Positions 10,771-18,960 of a stretch of DNA of 48,488 nt are shown piece after piece; positions within the stretch are counted from its first letter, which is position 1, and every line of letters starts with the position of its first letter. The position numbers and the translations under genes are program-made. The DNA is taken from IMG/VR virus record IMGVR_UViG_2597490154_000001. The stretch is one strand, 5' to 3'. The notes beneath the pieces are model-generated. The model had not been told where the DNA came from, did no database searches, and saw only the letters and a program-made list of their open reading frames with translations. Source of the DNA: a virus (Duplodnaviria; Heunggongvirae; Uroviricota; Caudoviricetes).

Positions 10771-11790
10771 TTAAACGCTCGCTACATTATACCAGGTGCC
10801 ATTTATATACTTTTGAACGGGTCTGTAATAAACGCCCGCTATATTATCGGCAGAATTGGACCCTGTATCCTGAACATTAATACCAGTCAATACATGACCT
10901 GACGGGCACTGGAAATTCCATGTTTGCCAGTTATTCACGCCATAATATCGCTGTGAACCAAGTCGAACATCTTTCACATAACGGGAATCAAAGTTACCGT
11001 AATCTGAGGGATTAACACGCCCTGTAATATTTATGGTTTTATTACTTTGAATACTGCCGGAGACAAAGCGCATAACATGGACGTTATTAGCATAAACATC
11101 CAGATACCCGTCGCCATTTTGTTTAAATCCCGTGTCATTATCACCCAAAACAATCGAGTTACCGCCAAGAGCACTGGATGTTCCGATGCCCAGTGCACCA
11201 TTCAATTGACCGCCAGATAATGACAACGCCCCAACCTCAGCAGCAGTCGGTTTAATGTGCGAACTGTAAATTACATATACAGTTCCATCTGTCAGGCCTG
11301 TTGGTTTATTCGCTGTATAAGTTGGTGATGTATGAATCGTTACGCTGGCGTTACTGGTATAATCCCACTGAATATTAACACCTGTGGCGTAATTACCTAT
11401 TTCAACATAAACATCATAGGTATTACCGGATGTATTCACCCATGCAAAATTAGTAAATCCAACCGATGTCCGTCGCCATAATGCACCAGTAATACCTTTT
11501 GGATTCCCATTTCCGGCACGCAGAACCAGCTCAGAGATGCCTGCTTGATGCGAGGAGCCAACGTTATACCCTGCGCCACCAATCAGGCTTATGTAAACCA
11601 CGGAACTGGCTTGTGGCATTGTTACAGTTGCCAGTTTGAACCATCCAGCACCACCACTAAAAGACATGGTTGTTGAATTTGTTGTGCCGATATTACGCAG
11701 GAATAGTTTTTTATCGGGAATATCTGCGCCGTTCTGTTTTTTCTGTAATGCGCCAGAAGCCTGATTTACCGTTTCCTGTAAACCGAGGTT
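10771..11790 (-). CDS. silent alternative tail fibre C-terminal cassette (Sv'-like), expressed only after inversion
   Basis: Reverse frame open from crossover site to stop at 10771 with no stops; ORF track shows internal Met at 11667; shares junction peptide with expressed fibre. Confidence 0.75.
   Translation of the reverse strand, partial: NLGLQETVNQASGALQKKQNGADIPDKKLFLRNIGTTNSTTMSFSGGAGWFKLATVTMPQASSVVYISLIGGAGYNVGSSHQAGISELVLRAGNGNPKGITGALWRRTSVGFTNFAWVNTSGNTYDVYVEIGNYATGVNIQWDYTSNASVTIHTSPTYTANKPTGLTDGTVYVIYSSHIKPTAAEVGALSLSGGQLNGALGIGTSSALGGNSIVLGDNDTGFKQNGDGYLDVYANNVHVMRFVSGSIQSNKTINITGRVNPSDYGNFDSRYVKDVRLGSQRYYGVNNWQTWNFQCPSGHVLTGINVQDTGSNSADNIAGVYYRPVQKYINGTWYNVASV
11717..11788. 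repeat. right arm of inverted repeat bounding the invertible segment
   Basis: Reverse complement of 8723-8794. Confidence 0.9.
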
Positions 11791-11798
11791 TTTGCGAA
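11773..11798. other. gix/hix-like recombination crossover site (right)
   Basis: TTCCTGTAAACC-GA-GGTTTTTGCGAA, two 12-bp half sites around a 2-bp core. Confidence 0.7.
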
Positions 11799-11862
11799 TT
11801 GCCTCTGTGTCGTCTGAACGATATTTTTTCCCGCTTTTAGCAACAATCGCGGTTTAGAAAGT

Positions 11863-12417
11863 ATGCAATATGGTTATGCGAGGGTGTCAACTTTTGACCA
11901 GAATTTGGAATTACAACTGGAGGCGCTCAGGAGTTTAGGATGTGACCGGATTTTTGAAGATAAAATATCCGGTGCTAAATCAAAACGACCAGGACTTGAT
12001 AAGCTACTTAAGGTGTTACGGCCGGGCGATACGGTTATTGTCTGGAAGCTGGACCGAATGGGGCGTTCCCTGATTCATCTTGTTGATTTACTTAACCATT
12101 TTTTATCAAACAACATTGAGTTTATTTCGATTACGGAAGGGATAAAAATTAGCACTTCAATTGGCCGCTTTGCCTACACGATGCTGAGTGCAGTCGCAGA
12201 GATGGAGCGGGAAAATATGATTGAAAGAACGCGTGCAGGATTGGCGGTGGCAAGGGCTAACGGCAGGATAGGAGGACGCCGCTCAAAGCTGGCACCAGAG
12301 CAATGGGAACAGATCGGAAGACTTATTGCGAATGGTGTTTCACGTAAGCGGATAGCGATTATCTTCGATGTTACCTTATCCACGCTTTACCGCAGGTTTC
12401 CGGCTGGGAATCATTGA
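11863..12417 (+). CDS. site-specific DNA invertase, serine recombinase of the Cin/Gin/Pin/Hin family
   Basis: 184-aa ORF; N-terminal YARVSTxDQ catalytic motif, resolvase-like core and C-terminal HTH; high similarity to P1 Cin as I recall it; adjacent to inverted repeats. An internal Fis-dependent enhancer is expected by family knowledge but not located. Confidence 0.95.
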   Translation: MQYGYARVSTFDQNLELQLEALRSLGCDRIFEDKISGAKSKRPGLDKLLKVLRPGDTVIVWKLDRMGRSLIHLVDLLNHFLSNNIEFISITEGIKISTSIGRFAYTMLSAVAEMERENMIERTRAGLAVARANGRIGGRRSKLAPEQWEQIGRLIANGVSRKRIAIIFDVTLSTLYRRFPAGNH

Positions 12418-12546
12418 CTGGAGTTAGGCCAGTAGTATGATGCTCGCAAAACGAGATCCAATTTAGATCCTTTTACTGGTGGATTATCGTTCGATCAGTG
12501 AGAGACTTCGTGCATGACCGAAAGTGTTGTGGTAGAGTTCTCTTAA

Positions 12547-12563
12547 AACCACGTAACGTGGTT
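12547..12563. promoter_or_regulatory. palindromic operator-like site AACCACGTAACGTGGTT in the repA control region
   Basis: Perfect inverted repeat, same ACCAC-N5-GTGGT architecture as the sites in the cI/cro intergenic region. Confidence 0.45.
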
Positions 12564-12605
12564 ATGATTGTGGGTGTCTGGTTGGAAACTGACCAGATAT
12601 GGAAA

Positions 12606-12716
12606 CAAAAAGCCCGCAGATAAATCTGCGGGCTTCTTGCGACATCCACGGAAAACCAACAACAACAATCCATGGGCGCCTCGACAACTCCCATTATACG
12701 TTGGTTTTCCGTGGAC
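12606..12716 (-). ncRNA. candidate CopA-like antisense RNA of the IncFII-type replicon
   Basis: Large stem-loop (CCACGGAAAACCAAC ... GTTGGTTTTCCGTGG, 12647-12715) plus a hairpin at 12610-12634 that on the - strand is followed by a T-run; lies in the repA leader. Confidence 0.45.
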
Positions 12717-12730
12717 GCAAGAGCGAACAT

Positions 12731-13579
12731 ATGGATAGACCAATGCCGTCTCTACGTTCCGCTTACGTTTGTAATTTGTCGCCGGAGTTCCAGCCTCCAA
12801 AGCACCATACGCACAAGCTGCCGCTAGTGTTATCTGATGCTTTACAGCGCATTAATGGTCGTGATCTTACGTGTGAGGTTGCGTTCTACGTTAATCAGCC
12901 GTCAGAGCGGAAGCGCCGGATAAACGAGCATCGTCGTCGGGCGATTAATGCTGTGATTGCTGCGATTTTGCACCATGTAAACATCATTTCTAAGCGGGTT
13001 CTGGCCAGTGCTGAGGCGTTGGCTGATTTTTGCGGCCTGTCTACCGTATCCGAAGCTGGGAACAAGTCTATAACACGCTGTACAAGGGCGTTGTCGCAAC
13101 TGAAAGCGTTAGGTTTTATTGATTATGAACGTCGCTGGGATCGGGTGAATAAACAGTATTGGCCAGCGAAAATAGAGATTCGTGATCAACTGCTGGAAAC
13201 CGTTGGTATTACTGAACAAGCATGGAGACGTGCGGTTAGCCAGAAACTTAATTACTTCAATGCGAAGAATAGCGAACGGCTTAAAAAAGCGATAACGGAG
13301 GCTGATTATAAGCGTATTGTTATGCAGGAGCAGATGGAGAATGTATGGCGTCAGAGGAAGACAGCCAGAGAGATAAAGGCAAAACAGAAAGCAGCGGAGA
13401 GAGCTGCGCGTCTTGTTCAGGAAAAGGGAGAGGCCGAACTTCGTCATCAAATCACTAGAGAGGTTAGCCAGGAATTTGCTGATGGCATGTATCCTGGTGC
13501 TGACCTTGCATATTTACGATCCCTCGTTGAGCAGCGTTATAACAGGTTAAGAAAGACCTGGAAATCACTCCAACATTAA
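12731..13579 (+). CDS. repA: plasmid replication initiator RepA1 (IncFII RepA family)
   Basis: Clear similarity to R100/R1 RepA1 as I recall it (SITRxTRAL...LG(F/L)I.Y block, RRRAI motif); start set at internal ATG 12731 because 12599-12730 covers leader RNA structures. Confidence 0.85.
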   Translation: MDRPMPSLRSAYVCNLSPEFQPPKHHTHKLPLVLSDALQRINGRDLTCEVAFYVNQPSERKRRINEHRRRAINAVIAAILHHVNIISKRVLASAEALADFCGLSTVSEAGNKSITRCTRALSQLKALGFIDYERRWDRVNKQYWPAKIEIRDQLLETVGITEQAWRRAVSQKLNYFNAKNSERLKKAITEADYKRIVMQEQMENVWRQRKTAREIKAKQKAAERAARLVQEKGEAELRHQITREVSQEFADGMYPGADLAYLRSLVEQRYNRLRKTWKSLQH

Positions 13580-13860
13580 CCCACCTGAATGATGAATCCG
13601 GTTTTACCGGAGGATTATCTACGTCGCAATAAAATATCTGTTCAAAAAACAACCTAAATTAATTTTCTCTAAACCTGAACACAGCAAAAATATCGCCTTC
13701 ACAGGCATCGGCTAATAAAGTTATCCACAGTTTTGATATGTATATGCAAATGGTTTTTTATAATAGATGCACTAAACAAATAAATGCAAAATCACTTTCT
13801 TTTATTAAGACTTTCTTTATTTAACTTACACAGGCTTTGCCTGTGAATATGTTCGCCCTT
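13580..13860. other. probable replication origin region (oriR-like) with DnaA box
   Basis: AT-rich non-coding stretch just downstream of repA; TTATCCACA at 13721-13729. Confidence 0.5.
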
Positions 13861-14114
13861 GCAGCGAGCTAAAGCTCGCGCCGGTTCGAGTCGCTACGCT
13901 CAAATATACCTCCTCCGGCACTTGCCGGAGGCATGGAGCAGCCCGATCATCCTTTTCGAAACGGCACGTTTCGAACTATACAAAATCAATTTATATAAGG
14001 CCGAAATAAGGCCTACGGCCGGGCTTTGCAGGAGGAAGGGGCGAGCCTTATCAATAAACGTCGATAAATACGCACACAGTAGCCATCAGAACGCGATAAA
14101 ACGTAAGAAACATC

Positions 14115-14204
14115 ATTTCCTATTAGACATAGAAAACTTGTCTTATACGCAATGTAGTAAATTTCTATTGCCACATAGGAAAAGATTTCCTACCATCGTA
14201 GATA
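14115..14204. repeat. three ~20-bp imperfect direct repeats (ATTTCCTA...CATAG), candidate regulator binding sites
   Basis: Copies at 14115-14136, 14161-14183, 14184-14204, just upstream of HTH gene 14211. Confidence 0.5.
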
Positions 14205-14210
14205 TAATAA

Positions 14211-14510
14211 ATGGAGATGGTTATGGATAAAGATACTGTTTTAAAAATGTTGAATCCGGCTTGTTTAAAAAAAGCGGATGAATGGGAATCTCCTACATGT
14301 GGAGAAGTTCGGGCAGTCATTGGCCTGACTGGAATGAGCGGCTCGCAGTTGGCCAAAAAACTAGGCTTAAAAGATAGTCGCAATGTTCGCAACTGGCAGA
14401 TGTTAAAGGAGTCCACATCCAGATCCAGCATTCCGTATGCAGCCTGGGCGCTGCTGTGTTACTTCGCTGGGTTAGGGTTAATCTTCATTGATAACAAAAC
14501 AGATGTTTGA
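14211..14510 (+). CDS. helix-turn-helix DNA-binding protein
   Basis: 99-aa ORF with central HTH-like segment (GLTGMSGSQLAKKLGL); overlaps the next ORF by 4 nt. Confidence 0.5.
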   Translation: MEMVMDKDTVLKMLNPACLKKADEWESPTCGEVRAVIGLTGMSGSQLAKKLGLKDSRNVRNWQMLKESTSRSSIPYAAWALLCYFAGLGLIFIDNKTDV

Positions 14511-14797
14511 AACATGCAAATATGAGGTTTGTTATGGAACTTGTACGCAAAACACGCAAAGAGTTCTTGGACCTGTATCGCATGGGAGCTTTCACTTGTG
14601 TTGTGGCTACCCAGGACGAAGTGACAAAAAGCTGGCGGCTTTTTGCTCTCAATAAAAAAGGGATTGCCGTTTTCATTGAAAAAGCCCGTGGTGGTATCCG
14701 CGAATGGGCGGGATTGAATTATGTGGCTGATTTTTGCGCAGCTATGGGGATTCGTCGCTGGGAAGTCCATATGCCAGGAGTAAAGTCACAAAAATAG
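14507..14797 (+). CDS. hypothetical protein
   Basis: 96-aa ORF translationally coupled to the upstream HTH gene. Confidence 0.4.
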   Translation: MKHANMRFVMELVRKTRKEFLDLYRMGAFTCVVATQDEVTKSWRLFALNKKGIAVFIEKARGGIREWAGLNYVADFCAAMGIRRWEVHMPGVKSQK

Positions 14798-15041
14798 GGC
14801 TTTCGCGTCGAAAATGAGGCGAAACTGAAAACGAGATTTCATTAACAAATAAGCAACATAAAAAACGGTGGAAAACGCCCAGGAAAACATGATCTTTTGA
14901 GCGGATTTTTTAGATCCGACAATGAACGGTGATCCGGTGGTGCCGATAACGTCCATTATGTTAAATGGCCCCGTTTTTCTTGAAATTATAACTCACAGGT
15001 TATATAGTTAGTGATATAAACTACAGGTTATAGGATTGAGC

Positions 15042-15389
15042 ATGTGGACGGTACTTTTTAGCCAGCGATTTGACGGCTGGCTAAATGAGCAAGAAGACGC
15101 TCTTCAGGAAAAGGTTTTGGCTGATTTGAAAAAGCTACAGGTTTACGGACCTGAGTTACCCAGGCCATATGCCGATACCGTAAAAGGTTCTCGGTACAAA
15201 AATATGAAAGAGCTTCGCGTTCAGTTTTCTGGCCGTCCGATAAGAGCCTTTTATGCGTTCGATCCGATTCGCCGGGCTATCGTTCTTTGTGCAGGAGACA
15301 AAAGTAACGATAAGCGGTTTTATAAAAAACTGGTGCGTATAGCTGAGGATGAGTTTGCAGCACATCTGAACACACTGGAGAGCAAGTAA
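15042..15389 (+). CDS. RelE/HigB-family type II toxin (addiction module killer protein-like)
   Basis: ~115 aa; toxin-first arrangement followed by an HTH antitoxin overlapping at the stop; ORF track start 15036 is TTG, ATG at 15042. Confidence 0.6.
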   Translation: MWTVLFSQRFDGWLNEQEDALQEKVLADLKKLQVYGPELPRPYADTVKGSRYKNMKELRVQFSGRPIRAFYAFDPIRRAIVLCAGDKSNDKRFYKKLVRIAEDEFAAHLNTLESK

Positions 15390-15688
15390 TGAGAACATTA
15401 GATGAGGTGATTGCCAGCCGTTCACCGGAAAGCCAGGCGCGAATTAAAGAAATGGCAGATGAGATGATTCTTGAGGTCGGCTTGCAGATGATGCGTGAAG
15501 AACTCCAGTTATCACAAAAGCAGGTTGCTGAGGCGATGGGTATAAGCCAGCCAGCAGTAACAAAGCTGGAGCAGCGCGGAAATGATTTAAAGCTGGCGAC
15601 ATTAAAGCGTTACGTTGAAGCTATGGGAGGCAAATTAAGCCTGGATGTTGAGCTTCCCACAGGAAAACGAATAGCGTTTAACATCTGA
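15389..15688 (+). CDS. HTH (XRE-family) antitoxin, HigA-like
   Basis: 99-aa ORF with HTH (LSQKQVAEAMGISQPAVTKLE), start overlaps the toxin stop. Confidence 0.6.
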   Translation: MRTLDEVIASRSPESQARIKEMADEMILEVGLQMMREELQLSQKQVAEAMGISQPAVTKLEQRGNDLKLATLKRYVEAMGGKLSLDVELPTGKRIAFNI

Positions 15689-15730
15689 TCAGAACGAATG
15701 ATAAGCCCCTGTTGCAAAGGGGCTTTTTTG

Positions 15731-15851
15731 TGCTCATGGAATTATATAATTATAGATTTATATAAAAAGTGCTTTACAGGTGGGACAATATTTCCTAGTG
15801 TTATACCCGAAACCGAGCGATACCCGCCCTGGTTAAACCGGAGATAACCCG
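15731..15851 (+). promoter_or_regulatory. copy 1 of a triplicated promoter/leader cassette (AT-rich motif, TTTACA -35, conserved ~50-nt leader, SD)
   Basis: Near-identical to 25433-25544 and 32064-32174; ends at the ATG of the downstream gene. Confidence 0.6.
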
Positions 15852-16232
15852 ATGAGCATGATTAAAATCCGCAAAAACGCTTTCCTTAAAATTCAAACTA
15901 TCCTGGCTGGTTCTGTTGGCGTGATTTGCCGTTCTTCTTCAAGCCGCATCGATGACGGCTACGATGATGAGTATCGTGTGTCCTCGTGCGATGAGGCTTT
16001 AACCTGGCTGAAGGAGAATCAGGAACGTGCCCAGGTATATCTGGAAACAGAGAACGGCAATCAGATGCTGCGTATTAGCGGTCGTTATGGATTTGAAACT
16101 ACATTCATGGCCTATTTTAATCAGGCTTACTTTGACAAGGAGCTGGCCTGGTACACTGATCGCATGAGCAAAAGCGAGCCAGCCCCGATTACACCGCCGA
16201 ACAATAAATCATTTTTATTCCTCGTTAAGTAA
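15852..16232 (+). CDS. hypothetical protein driven by cassette copy 1
   Basis: 126-aa ORF with SD GGAG; no recognisable family. Confidence 0.5.
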   Translation: MSMIKIRKNAFLKIQTILAGSVGVICRSSSSRIDDGYDDEYRVSSCDEALTWLKENQERAQVYLETENGNQMLRISGRYGFETTFMAYFNQAYFDKELAWYTDRMSKSEPAPITPPNNKSFLFLVK

Positions 16233-16295
16233 ACACAATGCGTAAAGTGTCATTTTGACACTTTGCGAGTGTTAATATTGTGCGAGGAGGATGCT

Positions 16296-16568
16296 ATGAC
16301 GGGTTATGAATTGAAATTATGGCGTCGTGGGATGAACTGGACGCAGGAGCGAGCCGCCGAAGAATTTGGGATATCGTTGGCTACATATAAGCGATATGAG
16401 AAGGGGGAGCCGCCGAGGGTCATTGAGATGGCCATTCGCGTTCTGTCATTTGACGATATGGTTAAGGATCTTTCACGCCTTGATAAAGACGCGATTCTGT
16501 TAAGGCTGCAAACCCTTGTATGGGAAAAGGTTAAAGTGTCGTCAGAATTGGAACAAGGGATCAAATGA
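16296..16568 (+). CDS. small HTH (XRE-like) DNA-binding protein
   Basis: Strong SD GAGGAGG before ATG 16296; HTH-like WTQERAAEEFGISLATYKRYE; ORF track start 16263 is TTG. Confidence 0.55.
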   Translation: MTGYELKLWRRGMNWTQERAAEEFGISLATYKRYEKGEPPRVIEMAIRVLSFDDMVKDLSRLDKDAILLRLQTLVWEKVKVSSELEQGIK

Positions 16569-16615
16569 TCCTTTACGGATCGTTTTCTGGTGGTGTAATG
16601 TAAGCGCCAGAAAGA

Positions 16616-16640
16616 CAAAAACCGCCTTGCCGGGCGGTTT
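16616..16640 (+). terminator. rho-independent terminator
   Basis: AAAAACCGCCTTGCCGGGCGGTTTT. Confidence 0.7.
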
Positions 16641-17340
16641 TCAGTCTGAAATTTAAATCTTGCTTGGTAGGCTGGATTTAAAAAGACACCTCTTGATTGG
16701 GGCGGCTTTCTTGCGTCTAAAGATAATCAAATCTTTTTGCGCCTGCAACCCCTTTTTTACTGGTGCACGTTTCAGACTCACGCTCGCGTCGTTGTCTTTG
16801 CTACTTCGTTGGGTTCGGTGTTTTTGGGCGAAGTGGCGCGCGGGTATGCGTACAAGGGGAAAGTGTGCTGACGCAAGCCAGGAACAGCGATCTAAACTAA
16901 GTCGAGTCTGAGAAAGGCAGGAGTGCGACAACTCGCCTGTGCTCAATGAGCAGAAGAAGGTATATCAGACGACCAATGGCATGATTGTGGGCCACAGGGC
17001 GCACACGGCAGCGAAGCATTGGAAACGATGTGGAGCTATCTGGTGGCATGAGTTCCGGTACTCGATCTCGAGCTTTTTTTGATGCTTTTGAGAAGGGGCC
17101 GGAACTCCGGTAAAGGGCACCCTGTATGGGGGGAGGGGGGGGTGTGTCTGAAGGGTGGTTATCGGTTATGGTGGAATTATGATGCGTAGAAAAGCGAGTT
17201 TGCTGCAAGCTATTGGGTCCATTATTTCTTTGTTTCCGGCAGTTGATCATTTTCGTCATATGGCGACACGTTCCAGTATGGGCTTGGTGCGTGACGCTGA
17301 CGCTATTCGAAAGGATTTTCAGAAAGTCTCTGGTGTTGAT

Positions 17341-17373
17341 AAGAGAGAAAAGAGTAAGGGGCCGTAGCCCCTT
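17341..17373 (-). terminator. rho-independent terminator of the antirepressor operon
   Basis: Hairpin AAGGGGCCGTAGCCCCTT with T-run on the - strand, directly after the ant stop. Confidence 0.6.
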
Positions 17374-17377
17374 GTAG

Positions 17378-18520
17378 TTATGGTCTGCTTTTCTGTGCCA
17401 GCTTATCAGCACATGTTTTTATCAGATCCTGTAGTGTCCTGGCTGGCAGGTTTGCATCCAGTACGCTGAGTATGCTGTTGTGATCAGCCTGGTCGATTAC
17501 TTTGCCTGTCGGTGGTAGTAGCTTGAGCTGAGGATTCAGGTTTTCGTCAAAACTGATAAGTGCTCTGGCGTTTCTGAGCAGATCAAGAAGTAAGGCTGAT
17601 ATCACATCATCTTTAGTCATTGTTGGTAGATTTAGTGCCGCTTTAGTTTTCTCCGTCGCCTTGTCAAACTCTTTGATTAGTGTCTTGCGGTAGTTTGGTT
17701 CCGTTAATAGCCGATGATGTTCTGTTGCCGTTCGGATAATCTTTGTTTCCTGATACAGTCGGTTGTATAGCATTCGCTCGTATTCTGCCTTTAACACGCT
17801 GCTGATAGCGTTAAAGGCTTCAATGTAGGCCAGCTTGATATCCTTCACGCCTGGACCGTCGATACTTTCCATGAGCAAGGTAAATCCGTCTTTTGTCATG
17901 CGATAGATTGTTATTTCGCGGTCGCTTCCTTCCAGCGGTCGTTGTTCTTTAAAGAAGTGACGCGCCGCAGCCGTGCGAGGAATGCGTAACGCATCGATGG
18001 CCATAACGATGGAATTGTTTGTGGTGCTGAATGCTTGGGCAACATCGGCTGAGGTTGTGAGTGGCTCGTTGTTGCACACCTTAACGTAATACATTGGTTT
18101 AGCGTTGAGCGTATCGACAACCTCACGAGCATTGTTTGGTGAGACGGTTACGGTCGCGGCCGTTTGCGCGTTCTGGTTGAAGTAGCAGTCTTCCAGCCGT
18201 TCGAATACATCCCATGCCTGATCGGTTTCGAGCATTTTAGCGTGACGTGCAGCCCCGCGTTCGGTCCAGAGGATGAGCTTTCTAACGTTATTCGCGATGG
18301 TTTGAAAATCTCTTAAAGAGATTTTCAAACTTTGGAGATCTGTACCTTTTACAACTATGAAATGTTTTCCTTCTGTAAACCGGGACTTATTACGGTGGTG
18401 ATTTCTGTGAAGACATTCGACGCTACAGCCATATAGTTTGGCAAGCAGCTCCGTGGTGATAACGGGGAGCTGGTTATGCAGGATAGGCTGTAGGGTGTTA
18501 ACGGTCGGAAGCGTTTTCAT
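17378..18520 (-). CDS. phage antirepressor (KilA-N/ORF6N-type N-terminus with Ant-like C-terminal part)
   Basis: 380-aa ORF; N-terminal region resembles antirepressor N-domains; start overlaps the upstream small ORF (ATGA). Confidence 0.6.
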   Translation of the reverse strand: MKTLPTVNTLQPILHNQLPVITTELLAKLYGCSVECLHRNHHRNKSRFTEGKHFIVVKGTDLQSLKISLRDFQTIANNVRKLILWTERGAARHAKMLETDQAWDVFERLEDCYFNQNAQTAATVTVSPNNAREVVDTLNAKPMYYVKVCNNEPLTTSADVAQAFSTTNNSIVMAIDALRIPRTAAARHFFKEQRPLEGSDREITIYRMTKDGFTLLMESIDGPGVKDIKLAYIEAFNAISSVLKAEYERMLYNRLYQETKIIRTATEHHRLLTEPNYRKTLIKEFDKATEKTKAALNLPTMTKDDVISALLLDLLRNARALISFDENLNPQLKLLPPTGKVIDQADHNSILSVLDANLPARTLQDLIKTCADKLAQKSRP

Positions 18521-18708
18521 TTTGCACCTCCCATAACTACTTTGGTTACGAGGGAGATTTTTGCGACAGAAACAGCGTTATCGTTGCTGGCGATGCGCAT
18601 AGCTTCGCGCTCGATGATTTCAGCCAGGCGGAATTTATCGGCGTATGAGGCTTTCTTGAGAAGGATCTTTACGAGGTTGACGTAATAGTCATGGGGTAGG
18701 TTTGTCAT
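18517..18708 (-). CDS. small protein translationally coupled to the antirepressor (in the position P1 icd occupies)
   Basis: 63-aa ORF, 4-nt overlap with ant start; preceded by antisense-RNA-like hairpins. Confidence 0.4.
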   Translation of the reverse strand: MTNLPHDYYVNLVKILLKKASYADKFRLAEIIEREAMRIASNDNAVSVAKISLVTKVVMGGAK

Positions 18709-18865
18709 TGTGATGATTCCCTTAAAGGTTAAGGATACTCACCACCGTCAGGTTCCAATCATTGGGTGGTGAGACGTGCAGGGTTGGAACTACCGGACAC
18801 AATGACGAACCGGCGAGTCTTACGACTCCCCCGCACGCCCCACCATAATTTGGGTGTAGCAGTGC

Positions 18866-18960
18866 TTTACGCATAAAAAAACCGCTAACGCGGTATGCGC
18901 CATTGTGTCTACGGGGTTCCAATCCCGACCGTAGATTTTGCTACGGCTAGGAAAGTGTCC
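18866..18960 (-). ncRNA. candidate c4-like antisense RNA with its own terminator
   Basis: Hairpin 18911-18934 displays GGTTCCAATC in the loop; - strand terminator (ACCGCG..CGCGGT then T7) at 18866-18890; complementary elements at 18750-18760 and 18783-18790 in the icd-like leader. Confidence 0.35.

Larger units (their letters stand above)
8726..11785. other. invertible DNA segment (Mu G-segment / P1 C-segment-like), ~3.06 kb
   Basis: Bounded by inverted gix-like sites; contains Sv-U on + strand and U'-Sv' on - strand; adjacent serine invertase gene. Confidence 0.85.

Noticed and set aside
12599-12730. N-terminal extension of the repA ORF in the ORF track
   Set aside because: This stretch covers the stem-loops of the presumed antisense-RNA target and an upstream hairpin; IncFII RepA1 homology begins after the internal ATG at 12731
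13859-14431. ORFs 13859-14230 (+) and 14165-14431 (-)
   Set aside because: The first lies in the hairpin-rich origin-proximal region and the second is antisense to the HTH gene; neither has start signals
16897-17412. 171-aa ORF on the - strand
   Set aside because: Overlaps the 3' end of the antirepressor gene, runs through the homopolymer tract (giving a poly-Pro run) and has no start context; likely spurious
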